Assembly: GCA_951406725.2 (NCBI GenBank)
Contig: OX597827.1
Coordinates: 54,684,001-54,748,000, forward strand
Origin: Octopus vulgaris
Taxonomy: Eukaryota
DNA length: 64,000 nt
Direction: 5' to 3'
Below, piece after piece: positions 50,931 through 63,860 of the stretch. Numbering within the stretch: position 1 is the stretch's first letter; every line of letters starts with the position of its first letter. The notes below the pieces were generated by a model that saw only the letters and a list, made by a program, of their open reading frames with translations, was not told the origin of the DNA and made no database searches. Position numbers and translations under genes: made by a program.

Positions 50931-51404
50931 AAAATTCCTCAGTTAAATTCTTTGCACTGCCATAGTAAGGCTATTGAATGTCTTTAACATACAATATCTA
51001 GCTATTAGAGATTGTTCTGTAAAATATATACCCTGAATGAAAATACACACACACACACACACACACATGCACGCACCTGTTTGTTATAAGATGCAGTGGA
51101 CTGATAGTTGAGTGCCCGAATAACATTGTATAGCTTTGCTTTTTTTTTATATCAGAAACAGCTGTAAGCTAATGAAGCTCATACAGATTCACACACACCA
51201 CCACCACCATCACCATCATCATCATCATCATCATCCTCCTCCTTTCACATCCATTTTCTATGGTGGCATGGATCTGATTGTTTGACCAGAGCTGGCAAGC
51301 AAAAGAGCTGCAGCAGATTCCAGTCTGGTTTGGTTTAGTTTCTACAGCTGGCTGTCCTTCCTAATGCCAAACACTTTACTGTGTGTGCTGGGTGCTTGTA
51401 ACAT

Positions 51405-51435
<31 letters not shown>

Positions 51436-51586
51436 CATCATCATCATCATCATCATTTAACGTCCGCTTTCCATGCTAGCATGGGTTGGACGGTTCAACT
51501 GGGGTCTGTGAAGCCAGAAGGCTGCATCAGGCCCAGTCTGATCTGGCAGCGTTTCTACGGCTGGATGCCCTTCCTAACGCCAACCA
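51436..51586 (-). mobile_element. 5'-truncated RTE-tail element in (TA)n, young
   Basis: (CAT)n tail, CCATGCTAGCATGG, GGATGCCCTTCCTAACGCCAACC; (TA)n on both sides. Confidence 0.85.
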
Positions 51587-51599
51587 TATATATATATAA

Positions 51600-51986
51600 G
51601 GCGCAGGAGTGGCTGTGTGGTAAGTAGCTTGCTAACCAGCCACATGGTTCCGGGTTCAGTCCCACTGCGTGGCATCTTGGGCAAGTGTCTTCTGCTATAG
51701 CCCCGGGCTGACCAATGCCTTGTGAGTGGATTTGGTAGACGGAAACTGATAGAAGCCTGTCGTATATATGTATATATATATATATGTGTGTGTTTGTGTT
51801 TGTCCCCCTAGCATTGCTTGACAACGATGCTGGTGTGTTTACATCCCCATCACTTAGCGGTCCGGCAAAAGAGACCGATAGAATAAGTACTGGGCTTACA
51901 ATGAATAAGTCCCAGGGTCGAGTTGCTCGATTAAAGGCAGTGCTCCAGCATGGCCGCAGTCAAATGACTGAAACAAATAAAAGAGT
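51600..51986 (+). mobile_element. SINE family A, full length, young
   Basis: GGCGCAGGAGTGGCTGTGTGGTAAG head; CpGs intact. Confidence 0.92.
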
Positions 51987-52228
51987 ATATATGGCTTAAG
52001 TTGGATTCACATTTAAGTATAATCAAAGTTTGCTTTCAGCATAGCTAAATTAACAGGTTACATACACAACATGATTAAGATTTATTTTGTTGTCTAGCAG
52101 TTACATTTTATTTCCAGAAAGGTGAGGTCTTTCCCTCCGGTTAACAGTTTAAACAGATTTGTCTATAGCCTCGGTGGGTTCTCTTAGAGTGGAGTCTGAG
52201 ATTCTATGGAAAGTTTTATGATTTAAAT

Positions 52229-52553
52229 CAGTGTTTCCCAACCTAATTTCTCCCCAGGTCTCACTATAACTTTCTAGAAAAACATATGCCCCCCACCAGT
52301 GATTGAAAAAAACAACTTTATTTTTAATATTTTATCATAATTATTTTATATAAAAGAATCTACTGTTAACTCTTTTGTTAAGTATTGAGTACGAAAAAAG
52401 TACATTATTGACTAAAAAAAGGGAATCGGTTTTAGAGTTTTTCACAATTTGATGTCTCACTAAAGAAAAAAAAAAGGATGTTGGATCCTATGCCTCACCA
52501 CAATTTTTCTGGGCCCCACTGGTGGAGCATCTGCCCCATATTAGGAATCACTG
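52229..52553. mobile_element. hAT (Charlie-like) MITE
   Basis: CAGTGTTTCCCAA ... TTAGGAATCACTG; perfect 8-bp TSD ATTTAAAT. Confidence 0.9.
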
Positions 52554-53397
52554 ATTTAAATGGTTGAGCAGTGGATTGAAGTTTAGGAATAATACTTTTG
52601 GAGTAGGGTATGATTTTGGCATGTTCACCACATCTTAGTCAAAATGCTTGAACAGCCGATACCTGTAACACTGAGTGATGAAATACAAATCCCTTCTCTG
52701 GTTTGAGTGACAAATTGGAAGACTAAAGTTGATTTTGATGTATCCCTGAATTTAGGACTAAATGCAGCTGACCAGCATAATATACATGTGTATAATCTGA
52801 ACATGTGTATAATCTGAAATTTAAAGGCAGGATTGTGGTATAATAGTACATATGTGGAGTTTCATTACAGTTATTTGTCATGCAGGTTGTTTAACTATCC
52901 TGCCTGTTTGGAATGTTATCTTAGATTAACACCTGCAATATCCAAAGTTGAAAAAAATGAAGGGGAGGGTTTTTTTTTTTTAAATTTTGTTTATCAGCTG
53001 TAACTAACAGGATGCAGAATTGCACTAACAGATCATAAATCTTTAGTCTTAATGCACTGCACGCATTTTTGTTGGTTAGTATCAGATCACCTGGAGATAT
53101 TCTCTGTAATAGACTGGCACCTTATCCAGAGAAGTAAAGGTTTATTTCTATTCAGGGTTATTGGATATATTAACATTTTGCTGGCTAAATTTATAAGAGA
53201 TTAAATGGTCGGCAGAGAAGCCTCCTTTCTGTTTTTTTGATTCATTTCCAAGAAAAATGCTATTTATTACTTGACAAAGAAAAATAAAAGGAATGTTTGT
53301 TTGTTTTTCTTAAATAGAAGTATCAGCAATTTTATATATAACCAGAAAAAGAGTTTAAAATTAAAAGAATCTGAATGCAGAATTATCAACTAACAAA

Positions 53398-53629
53398 GGG
53401 GACGAGCTGGCAGAATCGTTAGCACGCCAGGCGAAATGCTTAGCAGTATTACATCTGCCGTTGTGTTCTGAGTTCAAAATCCACCAAGGTCAACTTTGCC
53501 TTTCATCCTTTCGGGGTCGATCAAATAAGTACCAGTTACGCACTGAGGTTGATATAATCAACTTAATCCGTTTTGTCTGTCCTTGTTTGTCCTCTCTGAG
53601 TGTAATCCCTTGTGTGTAGTAAAGTATTA
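53398..53629 (+). mobile_element. SINE family C
   Basis: 18-bp TSD AGAATTATC(A/C)ACTAACAA. Confidence 0.9.
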
Positions 53630-53969
53630 AGAATTATCCACTAACAAGTTGAACTGGGAACTCTGTGTTCCAAACACCAGTTTAATAATGATTGTTATTT
53701 TCTACATTTTTCAAAATAAATTGAAACCAAAGCAGTATATTTCAACAATAATATGTAACAAAAAGGTTAAATTTGTAGGCCATTCATCTTTTCCAACTTA
53801 ATGCAGTGTCCACGAAGCTTCAGGGTCTTCAAACTGTCTTTGCATTTTTAGAATGGAATTATATGAATTTTACTATAGAATGTTCACTTTTGTTAAATGA
53901 AGTTTTTTGTACTTTGTATAAAAAGAATGAGAAACATGTTAACCATAGACTTTAGTGATAACTTTAGTA

Positions 53970-54191
53970 CAGTAATCCCTTGCCATATCGCAGTTCACCT
54001 ATTGTGGTTTATTATTTAAGCTTCCATCGATTCTTCTGTGACGTTGTTTTGCATTTATAATAAAATAAATATATACAAATTATAAAAATGATAATAAAAA
54101 TATACAATACAGTACTGTTTCTACTACATGGACTTTCACCTATCGCATGGGGTTTTGGAATGTAACATCCGCGATAGTCGAAGGATTACTG
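53970..54191. mobile_element. Tigger/pogo-like MITE
   Basis: TA-CAGTAATCC ... GGATTACTG-TA. Confidence 0.85.
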
Positions 54192-54848
54192 TAAATATTT
54201 TCTTCCACTCCCTCTGTCTGTCTGTCTGTCTCTCTCTCTCTTTCTACCCAAACCATCCTTCTCTATAATTTCTTTTGAAATTATAATGCAATCATAGTTT
54301 CTATATTAGAAAAAAATACAATTAATTATAGGTGTGTATGTGTGATGTTTTGTGAGAGAATAGATCTGTTAGCTTATTGTCATATCCAGATAGTTGTTTA
54401 TCACAAGCAATTTCTTTTTAAATCAATTTTATCATCTATAATGGTTTTTCAATACTCATAAGACAATAACAGTTTTTAATGATTAAAAGAAAATGAAATG
54501 TATTTAAAGAATGTGTTGTTGTTTAACCCCAGGACAGCTCTGAGTCTGCATAAAGATATCCTACACATGAACATCCTATCAACGTTTTGCAATCAGTCCT
54601 TCCTGTTTTAAGACGACAGTAACTTGAAGGAGATTTAGCTGCAGGTTCAATGTTCTACCTCATCAATGCTATGACTTGGACTTTTATCCGGGGGGGGGGG
54701 GGGGCAATAAAATGAAGTATCAGTCAAATACTGGAATCAGTATAACTGACTATTCCCTCTCACTAAATTTTTGGCCTTGTGCTTCTGTTAGAAATTATTA
54801 TCTTTATATTGCCTTTGGATTCATTTCTGCCACTTTTCTGGCAATAAC

Positions 54849-55080
54849 TATTTCTTTATTACCCACAAGGGGACAAACACAGAGGGGACAAACAAGGACA
54901 GACAAACGGATTAAGTCGATTACATCGACCCCAGTGCGTAACTGGTACTTAATTTATCGACCCCGAAAGGATGAAAGGCAAAGTTGACCTCAGTGGAATT
55001 TGAACTCAGAACATAACGGCAGACGAAATACGGCTATGCATTTCACCCGGCATGCTAACGTTTCTGCCAGCTCAACGCCT
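54849..55080 (-). mobile_element. SINE family C
   Basis: TSD CTGGCAATAAC (54838-48, 55087-97). Confidence 0.9.
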
Positions 55081-55735
55081 TCTTTCCTGGCAATAACATC
55101 AGTTAATTCTATTTCTCACTTCAACTTCAGTGAGTAAAAACAACTCTTTTATGCCTTATATATAAGACATAAATATATATATGGTAACTATTTATTTATT
55201 TTTTCCGTGTTAATTGTTAACAAGGTAAAAATACACTCATCTATTTATATATATTTATATATATATATATATAGGCTGTGACAACCATTTAATGTAAGTT
55301 TTGTTTGGTGTTAAAAGTACTTTGAATTTAGGTTGAGTTTTCTGCCTATAAAGATGAAACCCAGTTTGGGATGTGACTTGAAACTAACTTACTGAACTTT
55401 GAGGTGTGATCATTCTTAATGTTTTTTACAAAGCATATTATACTCTTATGATGGTAATTTCATGATCTCAGAAGTGGCATTGGAACTATAGCATTCATAC
55501 TATATAACTGAAGTGAAGTAGTTACAAATGGCTACAAAATAAACTCAACGAAGATTCAATATCCACTTACTATTTTGAAGTATTTTGTTATGCATTGTTA
55601 GCACAATAAAATACTTTGAAATCTGACAGCTTCTGTGCTTGAGAATTTGCTTTTTTTTTCCATGACAGCATTTTGCTTAAACAAATCCCAAACTCTTCAA
55701 TTTTTTTCAAATTGTAAGAGTCTAAAAAAACAAAA

Positions 55736-56050
55736 ATGGCACACTGTTGATTACAATGACGAAGGTTCCAGTTGATCCAATCAATGGAACAGCCTGCTTG
55801 TGAAATTAACATGTAAGTGGCTGAGTACTCCACAGGCATGCATGCCCTTAATGTAGTTCTCAGGAAGATTCAACGTAACACAGAATGGGGCAAAGTTGGC
55901 ACTTTGAAATACAGGTACTCCTCATTTTTGCCAGCTGACTGGACTGGAGCAATGTGAAACAAAGTGTCTTACCTCAAGGACACGTGCTGCCAGGAATAAA
56001 ACCTATGACCTTACAATTGTGTGCTGGACACCCTCACCAGCTAAGCCTTC
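55736..56050 (-). mobile_element. Old SINE family B2, uninterrupted
   Basis: Matches the joined halves of 2940-3830. Confidence 0.75.
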
Positions 56051-56122
56051 ACTTATAGGAAACTAACGATGGTCTTTCAGCATAAGTCTCTGCAATAAAA
56101 GGAAACAACAAAAGAGTATTTC

Positions 56123-56330
56123 TTATTTCTTTATTGCCCACAAGGAGCCAAACGTAGAGGAGACAAACAAGGACAGACAAAGGAATTAAGTCGATTACAT
56201 CGACCTCAGTGTGTAATTGGTACTTAATTTATCGACCCCGAAAGGATGAAAGGCAAAGTCAACCTCAGTGGAATTTGAACTCAGAATGTAATGACAGATG
56301 AAATACCTATTTCTTTACTGCCCACAAGGA
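56123..56330 (-). mobile_element. SINE family C, 5'-truncated, with a duplicated tail piece
   Basis: Family domain; second TATTTCTTTACTGCCCACAAGG at ~56308. Confidence 0.8.
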
Positions 56331-56887
56331 TTGCAAAAGAATGACTTGACCTGTTAAACTTTTAGTCTCAATGACAAATTATATGTAAAATATATTTTGT
56401 AGTGGCAGGCATGGCTCTGTGGTTAAGAAACTTGCCTTGCTACCACATGGTTTGGGGTTCAGTCCTACTTGGGCAAGTTTCTTCTGCTATAGATCCAGAC
56501 CAATTTGGTGGACAGAAACTGTAGAAACCTGTCACACAAGCACATGTGTGTATGTGTTTTTGTGACTGTGTTTTTTCATACACCCTCTGCTTGACAACCA
56601 CTATTGGTTTGTTTGCATTCCTGTAATTCAGCATTTCAGCAAAAGGGACTGATAGAGTTAATCTTTGCGTTTAAATGCCTTCAAGATTTTTTTAAAGTTT
56701 AAACAAACTATACTAGATCCCACTTTATTCTACAGAAGTTGTGATTATTATTTATGATAATAATTGATGGTGGTTAAAAGAAAAAAAAATCAAAATGGAA
56801 TAAGCATTAAATCATCACCAAAAACATGTATATATAAATTTATTTTAATTAAGTATCCAAATAATATAAGCTCAAAAATTTATAACA

Positions 56888-59220
56888 CTAGGCATCTTCA
56901 ATGTACATAATATTGGTGACATTGTTTGATATTGTCACTATACTTGCTGCATCACCCTGAGTAGTTCTTAACACAGTTAAATACACTTGTCCACGAGGAG
57001 ATGGATCAGTTGGGAAGAATAGAAATATTTTATTCAATGACTGGTATTATGATTTATTGACTGTTATTGCAATAGCCATTTTGAGCTGGAAGCTGTAATT
57101 GTGTTAGTGTAAATAATAGAATGGTGTCAGAATGTCTTAGTTAATTCTTGGTACAATGATGTTTTCTATAATCTTCACCTTCAGTAACAATATTGCCTTC
57201 AATCTTCATTCATATAAATGGGTTATTTGAATTATTCTTCCATTACAAAATCCATTAGACTTATTTAAACTCCACAACAACATTACAACACATCCCTTTT
57301 ACAAGATTAATGTTAAGTGGGTCGGTCGGGGGGAGGGGGAGGGGACACTCCATCAAAGTTACAGCTATTTAAGGAACTTCGTTGAATAATTGTATAGGTA
57401 GTCTTTATCATTGCAGGAGTATAGTTGCTTTTTGTAAGTAACAATTTCTTCATTATAGAATTTACAACACCATTGTTAGGAGTTGTGAAGCTTGAAAGAT
57501 CTAAAGGACTACAGTTAATTTGATTTGTCATTTCATATTCATCCAACGCTATTTGAAAACTCAGTCTAGCAACCCATCCAGTTGCTTCCTCCCCTCACAC
57601 AAAGCAGAAAATAAATCAGCCACGGTCCTTTAGTTCTGTACTTGCATATTCATGATTAACTTCAGTTTCACCATTCTCTCTTAAAAGGAAGAATGGAGCA
57701 ACTTTGTCCTCAGTAGCTGCTCCACCAAACATTCTGTAAGCTAAGAAGTGTAAATAAAAATTGCTTAGAAAGTCCATGATGTTCCTGTCATAAAGGCCAC
57801 AAAATATACAATCGAGTTTCATATACATACATATGTACATCTCAATATTTGTGGTGTTCTGTGCCAACACATAAAATGACAACCTTGAATTAACTTTTAC
57901 CAGTTTGCTGTTATCATCAATTTTCCAAACAAAATTTTTTGAGCAGAAACTGGAATATGGAAAGTTGAAAGAACTGAAGAACCACTTTTGTAGAACTTCA
58001 GATTGTTCTGTAAATCTGTGAGAACGGTTTGATCTAGACATGCTTCAACATCCTCTATATGTAATCTGTTGAAATAGTGTGTCTTTCTGGAGTCATCAGG
58101 ACAATCAACAGAGAAAATACATGAACTTGTTGCTCTGTGAAGCATCCATTAATCATTAGCATTTAAACCAACTAAATCTGGACCGAATATTCTTTTTACT
58201 GTTTTGCGTTCAATCCAGTCAGATCTGGCCTTTCATAATTACACCAAAATGTAATTCTAAAAATCAGCGACCACATCATTAAAATCTTGAAGCTATGAAT
58301 TTAACCATATGCATGGTTAAATTCAAAACAATATGAATAGCTAAGCATTTCATTTGATAGAGTAATGCTAAAGGGTTAAGGTATCAAAAGTATTTGTTGC
58401 ACTTGGCTCAATTGTTTTCTTTGTGTGTGTGTGTGTGTGTGTCCATGTGCATGCAAGCACTTTGTTTCTTTTCCAGTTGTCGTCAGCAGTGTCAAAAATT
58501 TATGTATCTGCTGAAGACAACTCAAAGATGAGCTGCTGAAGGAACGTTCCACTTTGAAGGCAGAAAGTTTATAAAAAGTCTGAGATAGTATGCTTGTCTA
58601 ACATTTTTATTATCTATAAGGATGCTGCCGTTGATGATCTGCCATAAACAATTTGTGATTTTTAAAAAATTCTTATTGATCTGAGATTCCACATAACAGC
58701 AATACTGAAATTCACAGATTTTAAAATTGAGGTGCAGAACAGATTCCAAATTCATAAAAAAAATTGATGTCCCTATCAAATTAATCATCAGACTCCATAA
58801 TGTCTATATTTGAAGTTGCATCTTTGAATGTTTAGCATTACTGTCTACAACAGTTTACAGTTCCTGAAATGATCGCGCCCTAGATTCTTGCATTGTAAAA
58901 TTAACTTTTAGAATTTCGAACAGCGACAGCTTATTCTTTCATTTGATGTTCCTATCACATAAGCCATCAAACTCCATGACATCTATATTTGAAGTGGCAT
59001 CTTTGTGTGTCTGATATTACTGTCCACAACAATTTTCAGTTCCTGAAATGAGCTTGCACTAGATTTCACATTGTAAAGTCATCTTTTAGAATTCCAAGCA
59101 TCGGCAGTTTATTCTCCCATTTGACAACCTACATTTTCTCTTTGTGACTTCATTAGTCCACACCAAGTGCTTTCATCCATGTTGGAATTCTTGAATTGCT
59201 ACCGCTTTGTATTCTTCATG
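56888..59220 (-). pseudogene. Decayed Helitron RepHel gene (linker plus Pif1 helicase)
   Basis: Motifs in the expected order across stops and frameshifts: ARSFQELxTVVD (GATSFEDLRTV), IFSVDCPDDSRKTHYFNRL (Walker A, FFIDGPGGTGKTFLYN), SSVLSTFHIP (TAHSxFKIP), RMFGG (PFGG), TPNNGVVNSI, LNSCNFDG-PP, GCVVMLLWSLNKSNGFCNG, IIVPRI, MAIAITVNKS*YQSL (AFAMTINKSQGQTL), RGQVYLTVLR (HGQLYVALSR), TNIMYIEDA*. Confidence 0.88.
58156..58379. mobile_element. piggyBac-type MITE family D inside the Helitron fossil
   Basis: Family body; right end AATGCTAAAGGG-TTAA. Confidence 0.8.
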
Positions 59221-59734
59221 TATCTGAATTTACAGAAATGCAAATAAAATGATATTTATTACTTTTAGAATTTCTATGAATATGAAAGTACAATAAAAAT
59301 GTAATATTTCTATCACAGACAATCCATTGTCTCCTGTGACACACAATAATAGTAAAATAAAATGTCATGTGATTTCTAAAATGTACTCCCCCCCCCCCCC
59401 TGCACATTTCATTGAAGAAAAGTCTAAAGACTGAAATTCATGTTAAAGTCAATATCACTACTGACTCATTACATACAGCGCCATCTTTTATCATTATTTT
59501 ACTTGTTGCAGTCATTGGATTAAGACCATGCAGTGGCACCAACTTGAAAGGTTTAAATCAATCCCAGCACTTCTTTTTTTTTTGTTGTTGTTGTAAAGTC
59601 TTATATCTATTTTCAGTCTCTTTTGCTAAACTGTCAACTAACATTGTCAAGCATTAGTGGAAACAAATGCAACACAAACACATCTAAGCATAGATATGTA
59701 TGTGTGTAATATATATGTGTGTGTGTGTGTGTGT

Positions 59735-60070
59735 GAAGACGCATGGCTCAGTGGTTAGAGTGTCGAGCTTACGATCGTGAGGTTGTGAGCTCGAATCCCG
59801 GACCAGACTGCATGCTGTCTTCTTGAGCGAGACATTTTATTTCCCGTTGCTCCAGTTCACTCAGCTGTAGAAACGAGTTGCGACATCACTGGTGCCAAGC
59901 TGTATCGGCCTTTGCCTTTCCCTTGGATAACATCAGTGGTGTGGAGAGGGGAGGCCGGTATGCATGGACGACTGCTGGTCTTTCATAAACAACCTTGCCC
60001 GGACTTGTGCCTGTGGGGGTAGCTTTCTAGGTGCAATCCCATGGTCTGTGTCGTGACCAAAGAGGGTCTC
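59735..60070 (+). mobile_element. SINE family B
   Basis: Highly similar to 30643-30984; sits within a (TG)/(TA) tract. Confidence 0.9.
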
Positions 60071-60071
60071 A

Positions 60072-60120
<49 letters not shown>

Positions 60121-61003
60121 GAAGACTATTTGCCAACATAATGTGGCAGTCCTGGAAGGGATGATTATTACAGTTGTTTAGCACCAAGAGTGATGTGATT
60201 GTTTATTTTTAGAATGACATTGTAGGGTAAGTGTGAGAGGCTGGCTGGATCTGGCTGCTTTAAATACAAAAGGGTTAATGGAAAATAGTTCTTCAAGGCA
60301 GCGCCCCAGCATGACTGCAGTCTGAAATAAGTAAAAGAAAAGAAAAATATATGAAAAATAGATATATAGATGACAAGCCTTTGGTTGGCTTGGGGCTATT
60401 GTAGAAGAAAGATGGTTTACCAAAATAGGACTAAACCCAAGACCATGTGATTGGGCCACACCCGCGCCTATAATAGTGATAAATTTTGACCATACGATAG
60501 GCAGGTAGTTCTTCTTTTTTTTTCACTCTAGGATAATAAAACATAGTAATGGAAAATACAACAGTATTAGTCACCTAAACTTAATGGAAACACTAAGAAA
60601 TTTAATTGACACTCTAAGTATATTTAATATTTTCAAGCAATTCATTTGGTGATTTCTGAGTCAGAAAAACTGTTTGCATTAATAAGGACAGTCCTCTCAA
60701 ATGTCTAGAAATATTGCAAATTATCACGAGAGAGATAACTATTTGTGCTAGCTACACATATTGTAGTTTAATCCTATTATAATGATAGTAGGCATCTAAT
60801 CGTTTATATCACCTGCTAACAATTTCTGGTAGAAGCCAATTCATTTCACTTACTGTGCCAATATTTTGGGGGAAAGACAAGGATATTACAAAATCTAAAA
60901 ATTAAGATGAAGTGCTATTAGTTTTCTCAGTATTGATTTATTTCCTTGAAGCTCTCTCTCCAGAATTTCAATGACTTCTTTGAATTAAAAAAACATTGGT
61001 GCT

Positions 61004-61010
61004 GTATGTA

Positions 61011-61098
<88 letters not shown>

Positions 61099-61102
61099 TG
61101 TG

Positions 61103-61140
<38 letters not shown>
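61004..61140. repeat. (GT)n/(TA)n compound microsatellite
   Basis: Direct reading. Confidence 0.95.
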
Positions 61141-61143
<3 letters not shown>

Positions 61144-61366
61144 CTTTATTGCCCACAAGGGGCTAAACATAGAGGGGACAAACAAAGACAGATAAAGGGA
61201 TTAAGTCGATTATATCGACCCCAGTGCGAAACTGGTACTTAATTTATCGACCCCGAAAGGATGAAAGGTAAAGTCGACCTCGGCGGAATTTGAACTCAGA
61301 ACATAACGGCAGACGAAATACGGCTACGCATTTCGCCTGGCGCGCTAACGTGTCTGCTAGCTCGCC
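61141..61366 (-). mobile_element. SINE family C, young, in (TA)n
   Basis: Family consensus, CpGs intact. Confidence 0.9.
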
Positions 61367-61441
61367 TTATATATATATATATATACATACATACATACAT
61401 ACAAGCATACACACAAGCTTATACTTTCATATTCTTACACA

Positions 61442-62196
61442 TAAAAGGACTGATCAAAAAGTATCAGAACTGTTGCTATGATAATGGAGCAAAAGTATGC
61501 AGAATGAAGCTGCCTTGCCATAGATTGACCTTGAACTCTGTTGCTCATGCATACTAAGTTACAACGTTGTTTATAGCAGTACATGGAAACAAAGTGTGTA
61601 GAGTGTGGTTCTCTCAAAAAAGAAGACTGGGTTTCAGCTGTGCAGGATTTTTTGGATTGTGTTGAGGAAGACAAAATCTTTAAATGTAACCATTAACAGG
61701 TGACAAATCGTGGGTCTATGGCTACAACCCCAAAACCAAAGTAAAAGTCAAGTCTGTCTTGAAAGGAACAAGATTTCAAGACATCAAGGAAATCCAAGAG
61801 GATGTGACAAGGTAGCTGCTTGCTATCCTAGAAAAGGAGTTCCAGGAATGCTTCTGTTAATGGAAATGATGCTGGATAAAATGTGTGTCTTCAGAAAGGG
61901 ACCACTTTGAATGTGATTAATCCTTTAGCAATTTAAACCAGTCATATCAGGCTCAAATATTCTAGCTGTTTTATTTTCAAATCAACCAGATCCAACCTCT
62001 CACACCTGTCCTACAATGTTTTTCTTAAATTAAACAATCACATCAGTGAAATCAGAAAGCTATGAGTTAATGCCTGATTAATTAAAACCAATGAGCATTA
62101 CATTTGACATAGTAATTTGAATATTAAAGGGTTAAATGCCAATTTCTTTTTAAAACTCAAACTCCAGTCCTGATACTTTGTGATGAGACCTCGTTA
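61442..62196 (+). mobile_element. Internally deleted mariner (second family), interrupted by MITE D
   Basis: Imperfect TIRs (AGGACTGATCAAAAAGTATCAGAACTG / CAGTCCTGATACTTTGTGATGAGACCT); LTGDKSWVYGYNPKTK (mariner TGDESW) joined to LKGTRFQDIKEIQ...FQECF..WK.CWIKCV..ERDHFECD*. Confidence 0.85.
61917..62135. mobile_element. piggyBac-type MITE family D
   Basis: TTAA at 61917-20 and 62132-35. Confidence 0.85.
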
Positions 62197-62669
62197 ATAA
62201 AATATCATTACACTAACTCTGTACTCATTACACTGTATTCTCTGAAAACATCTAAAATAATTCAAGCAAAACCTTCGGAAAAATTTATTTCAGTGATATA
62301 TTGTTTTCCATTCAGTTATTGGACTTTAGCTGTGCTAGCACACTGCCTTGAAGGGTTCTAGTTGATCGTATTAGCTCCAGAACTTATTTAGTCTGGTCCT
62401 TATTCCAATAACACAACCATTCCCTAGATTTCTATTTGTCTGGCATGTGATTTGTTTTGAAATTACGTATTAAAACTAAAGCAAATGCAGCATGGAAAAC
62501 ACATTTCAGTCATTCAAAATCACACAAAAGCCTGTTAACTGTATTTAATCATCTATTTGGTGTCAAAGTTTTCATCACTCTGGCTGCCAGGTAAAGATGA
62601 CTTGGATATACATAAAGATACCTAAATCATCCAATCATAAAAACAACACTGCAAACTTCTAAATGAATG

Positions 62670-62930
62670 GGACCCAACCAAGGTTCATATAACCTCTTGG
62701 GGGTCTGTATAGGATTTTGTGGGGTCTACACAAGCAAAATAGTAAATTGGGTTTATGGTAGTATTTTGGGCGTCCAGGAAAAAATTTTGCTTTAGACACA
62801 TTTATTTCAAGAAACAACCAGGTTTCTTTGCCTAATGCTTAACATAGCTCACCCTATACTATAAAACTAGTTCTAAACATAAATGGTTATGGGGGTCCAT
62901 AGATTAAAAAAAAATGGTTGAGAACCACTG
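62670..62930. mobile_element. hAT MITE, partial; same family as 7974-8422, opposite orientation
   Basis: Ends GGTTGAGAACCACTG; internal homology. Confidence 0.65.
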
Positions 62931-63514
62931 TTCTATTTATCTCAGGCTCGTCAACTTTGGTCATCTCTTTCTTAATTGGGGCCAGATGGGGAATTGAACT
63001 CAGGAAGCTATTGTCAATTATATTTGATTTCAGGTCCCTGCAGTTAGAAGTTACTTTAACTCTGCTACAATTATTTACAGTAGATGGATTAGGATATTAG
63101 AGATTAGTCCAATCCACTAAGCACTAAGTGACCTGGCATGAACTGCTAACCTCTTTATTATGTGTGTCTGGTCATCAAATATATTTGAGATTGCATGTTT
63201 TCCTGCAGTAGTGGTGGTGGTGGTGGGAATGATGGTGTTACTAGTAGTAGGAATATCTATGTAAAAAAAAGAATACTCATTATTAAAAGAAGTTATATTT
63301 GTTTATATTTCAAGAAATTCATTGCAAATGTACATAATATATTGAATTTTTAATGCATGAACACATACACAGACATGTTTACACATGCACGCACACACAC
63401 ACAATTCCTAGTATTGCTAACAATGAAGTAATTAAGACTATACAGTTGGGAGTTTAGAATTATAGGATATTTTGTTTTGATACAGAGATATATATGAGTA
63501 CAGGATTGTGCAAT

Positions 63515-63860
63515 TAAGAAGTCTGCTTTCCAATGGTTTTAGGTTCAATCCCACTGCCTGACACTTTGGACAAGTGCCTTGGGTTGACCAAAGCTTTTTG
63601 AAGAGATTTAGTTGGTGGAAATTGAAAGAAGCCTGTTGTATGTGTGTGTTGCCTTGTCTTGTGATTGAGTGGTTGTTGTAAGTGAATGTTAAATGTCATG
63701 CATTTCCAATATTCTGTAAACCCTGTCTGTCCATGGGGAATATTATCTTGCTTGGAAATGGGTAAAGGTTGGCAACAGGAAGAGCATGCAGCCATAGAAA
63801 ATCTGTCTAGGTAAGCTCTTTTCAATTCATGCAAGCATGGCCAAGTGGATGTTAAATCAT
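63515..63860 (+). mobile_element. SINE with family-A head, Meta-like domain and RTE-type tail
   Basis: GGTTCAATCCCACTGC head; GGTTGGCAACAGGAAGAGCATGCAGCC; CATGCAAGCATGG tail. Confidence 0.65.

Noticed and set aside
57616-58145. Intact host Pif1 or novel protein gene
   Set aside because: Stops, frameshifts, decayed Walker A, a MITE insertion and Helitron-specific linker motifs indicate a transposon fossil.
60946-61242. ORFs with poly-CV or poly-HT
   Set aside because: (GT)n/(TA)n microsatellite plus SINE read-through.
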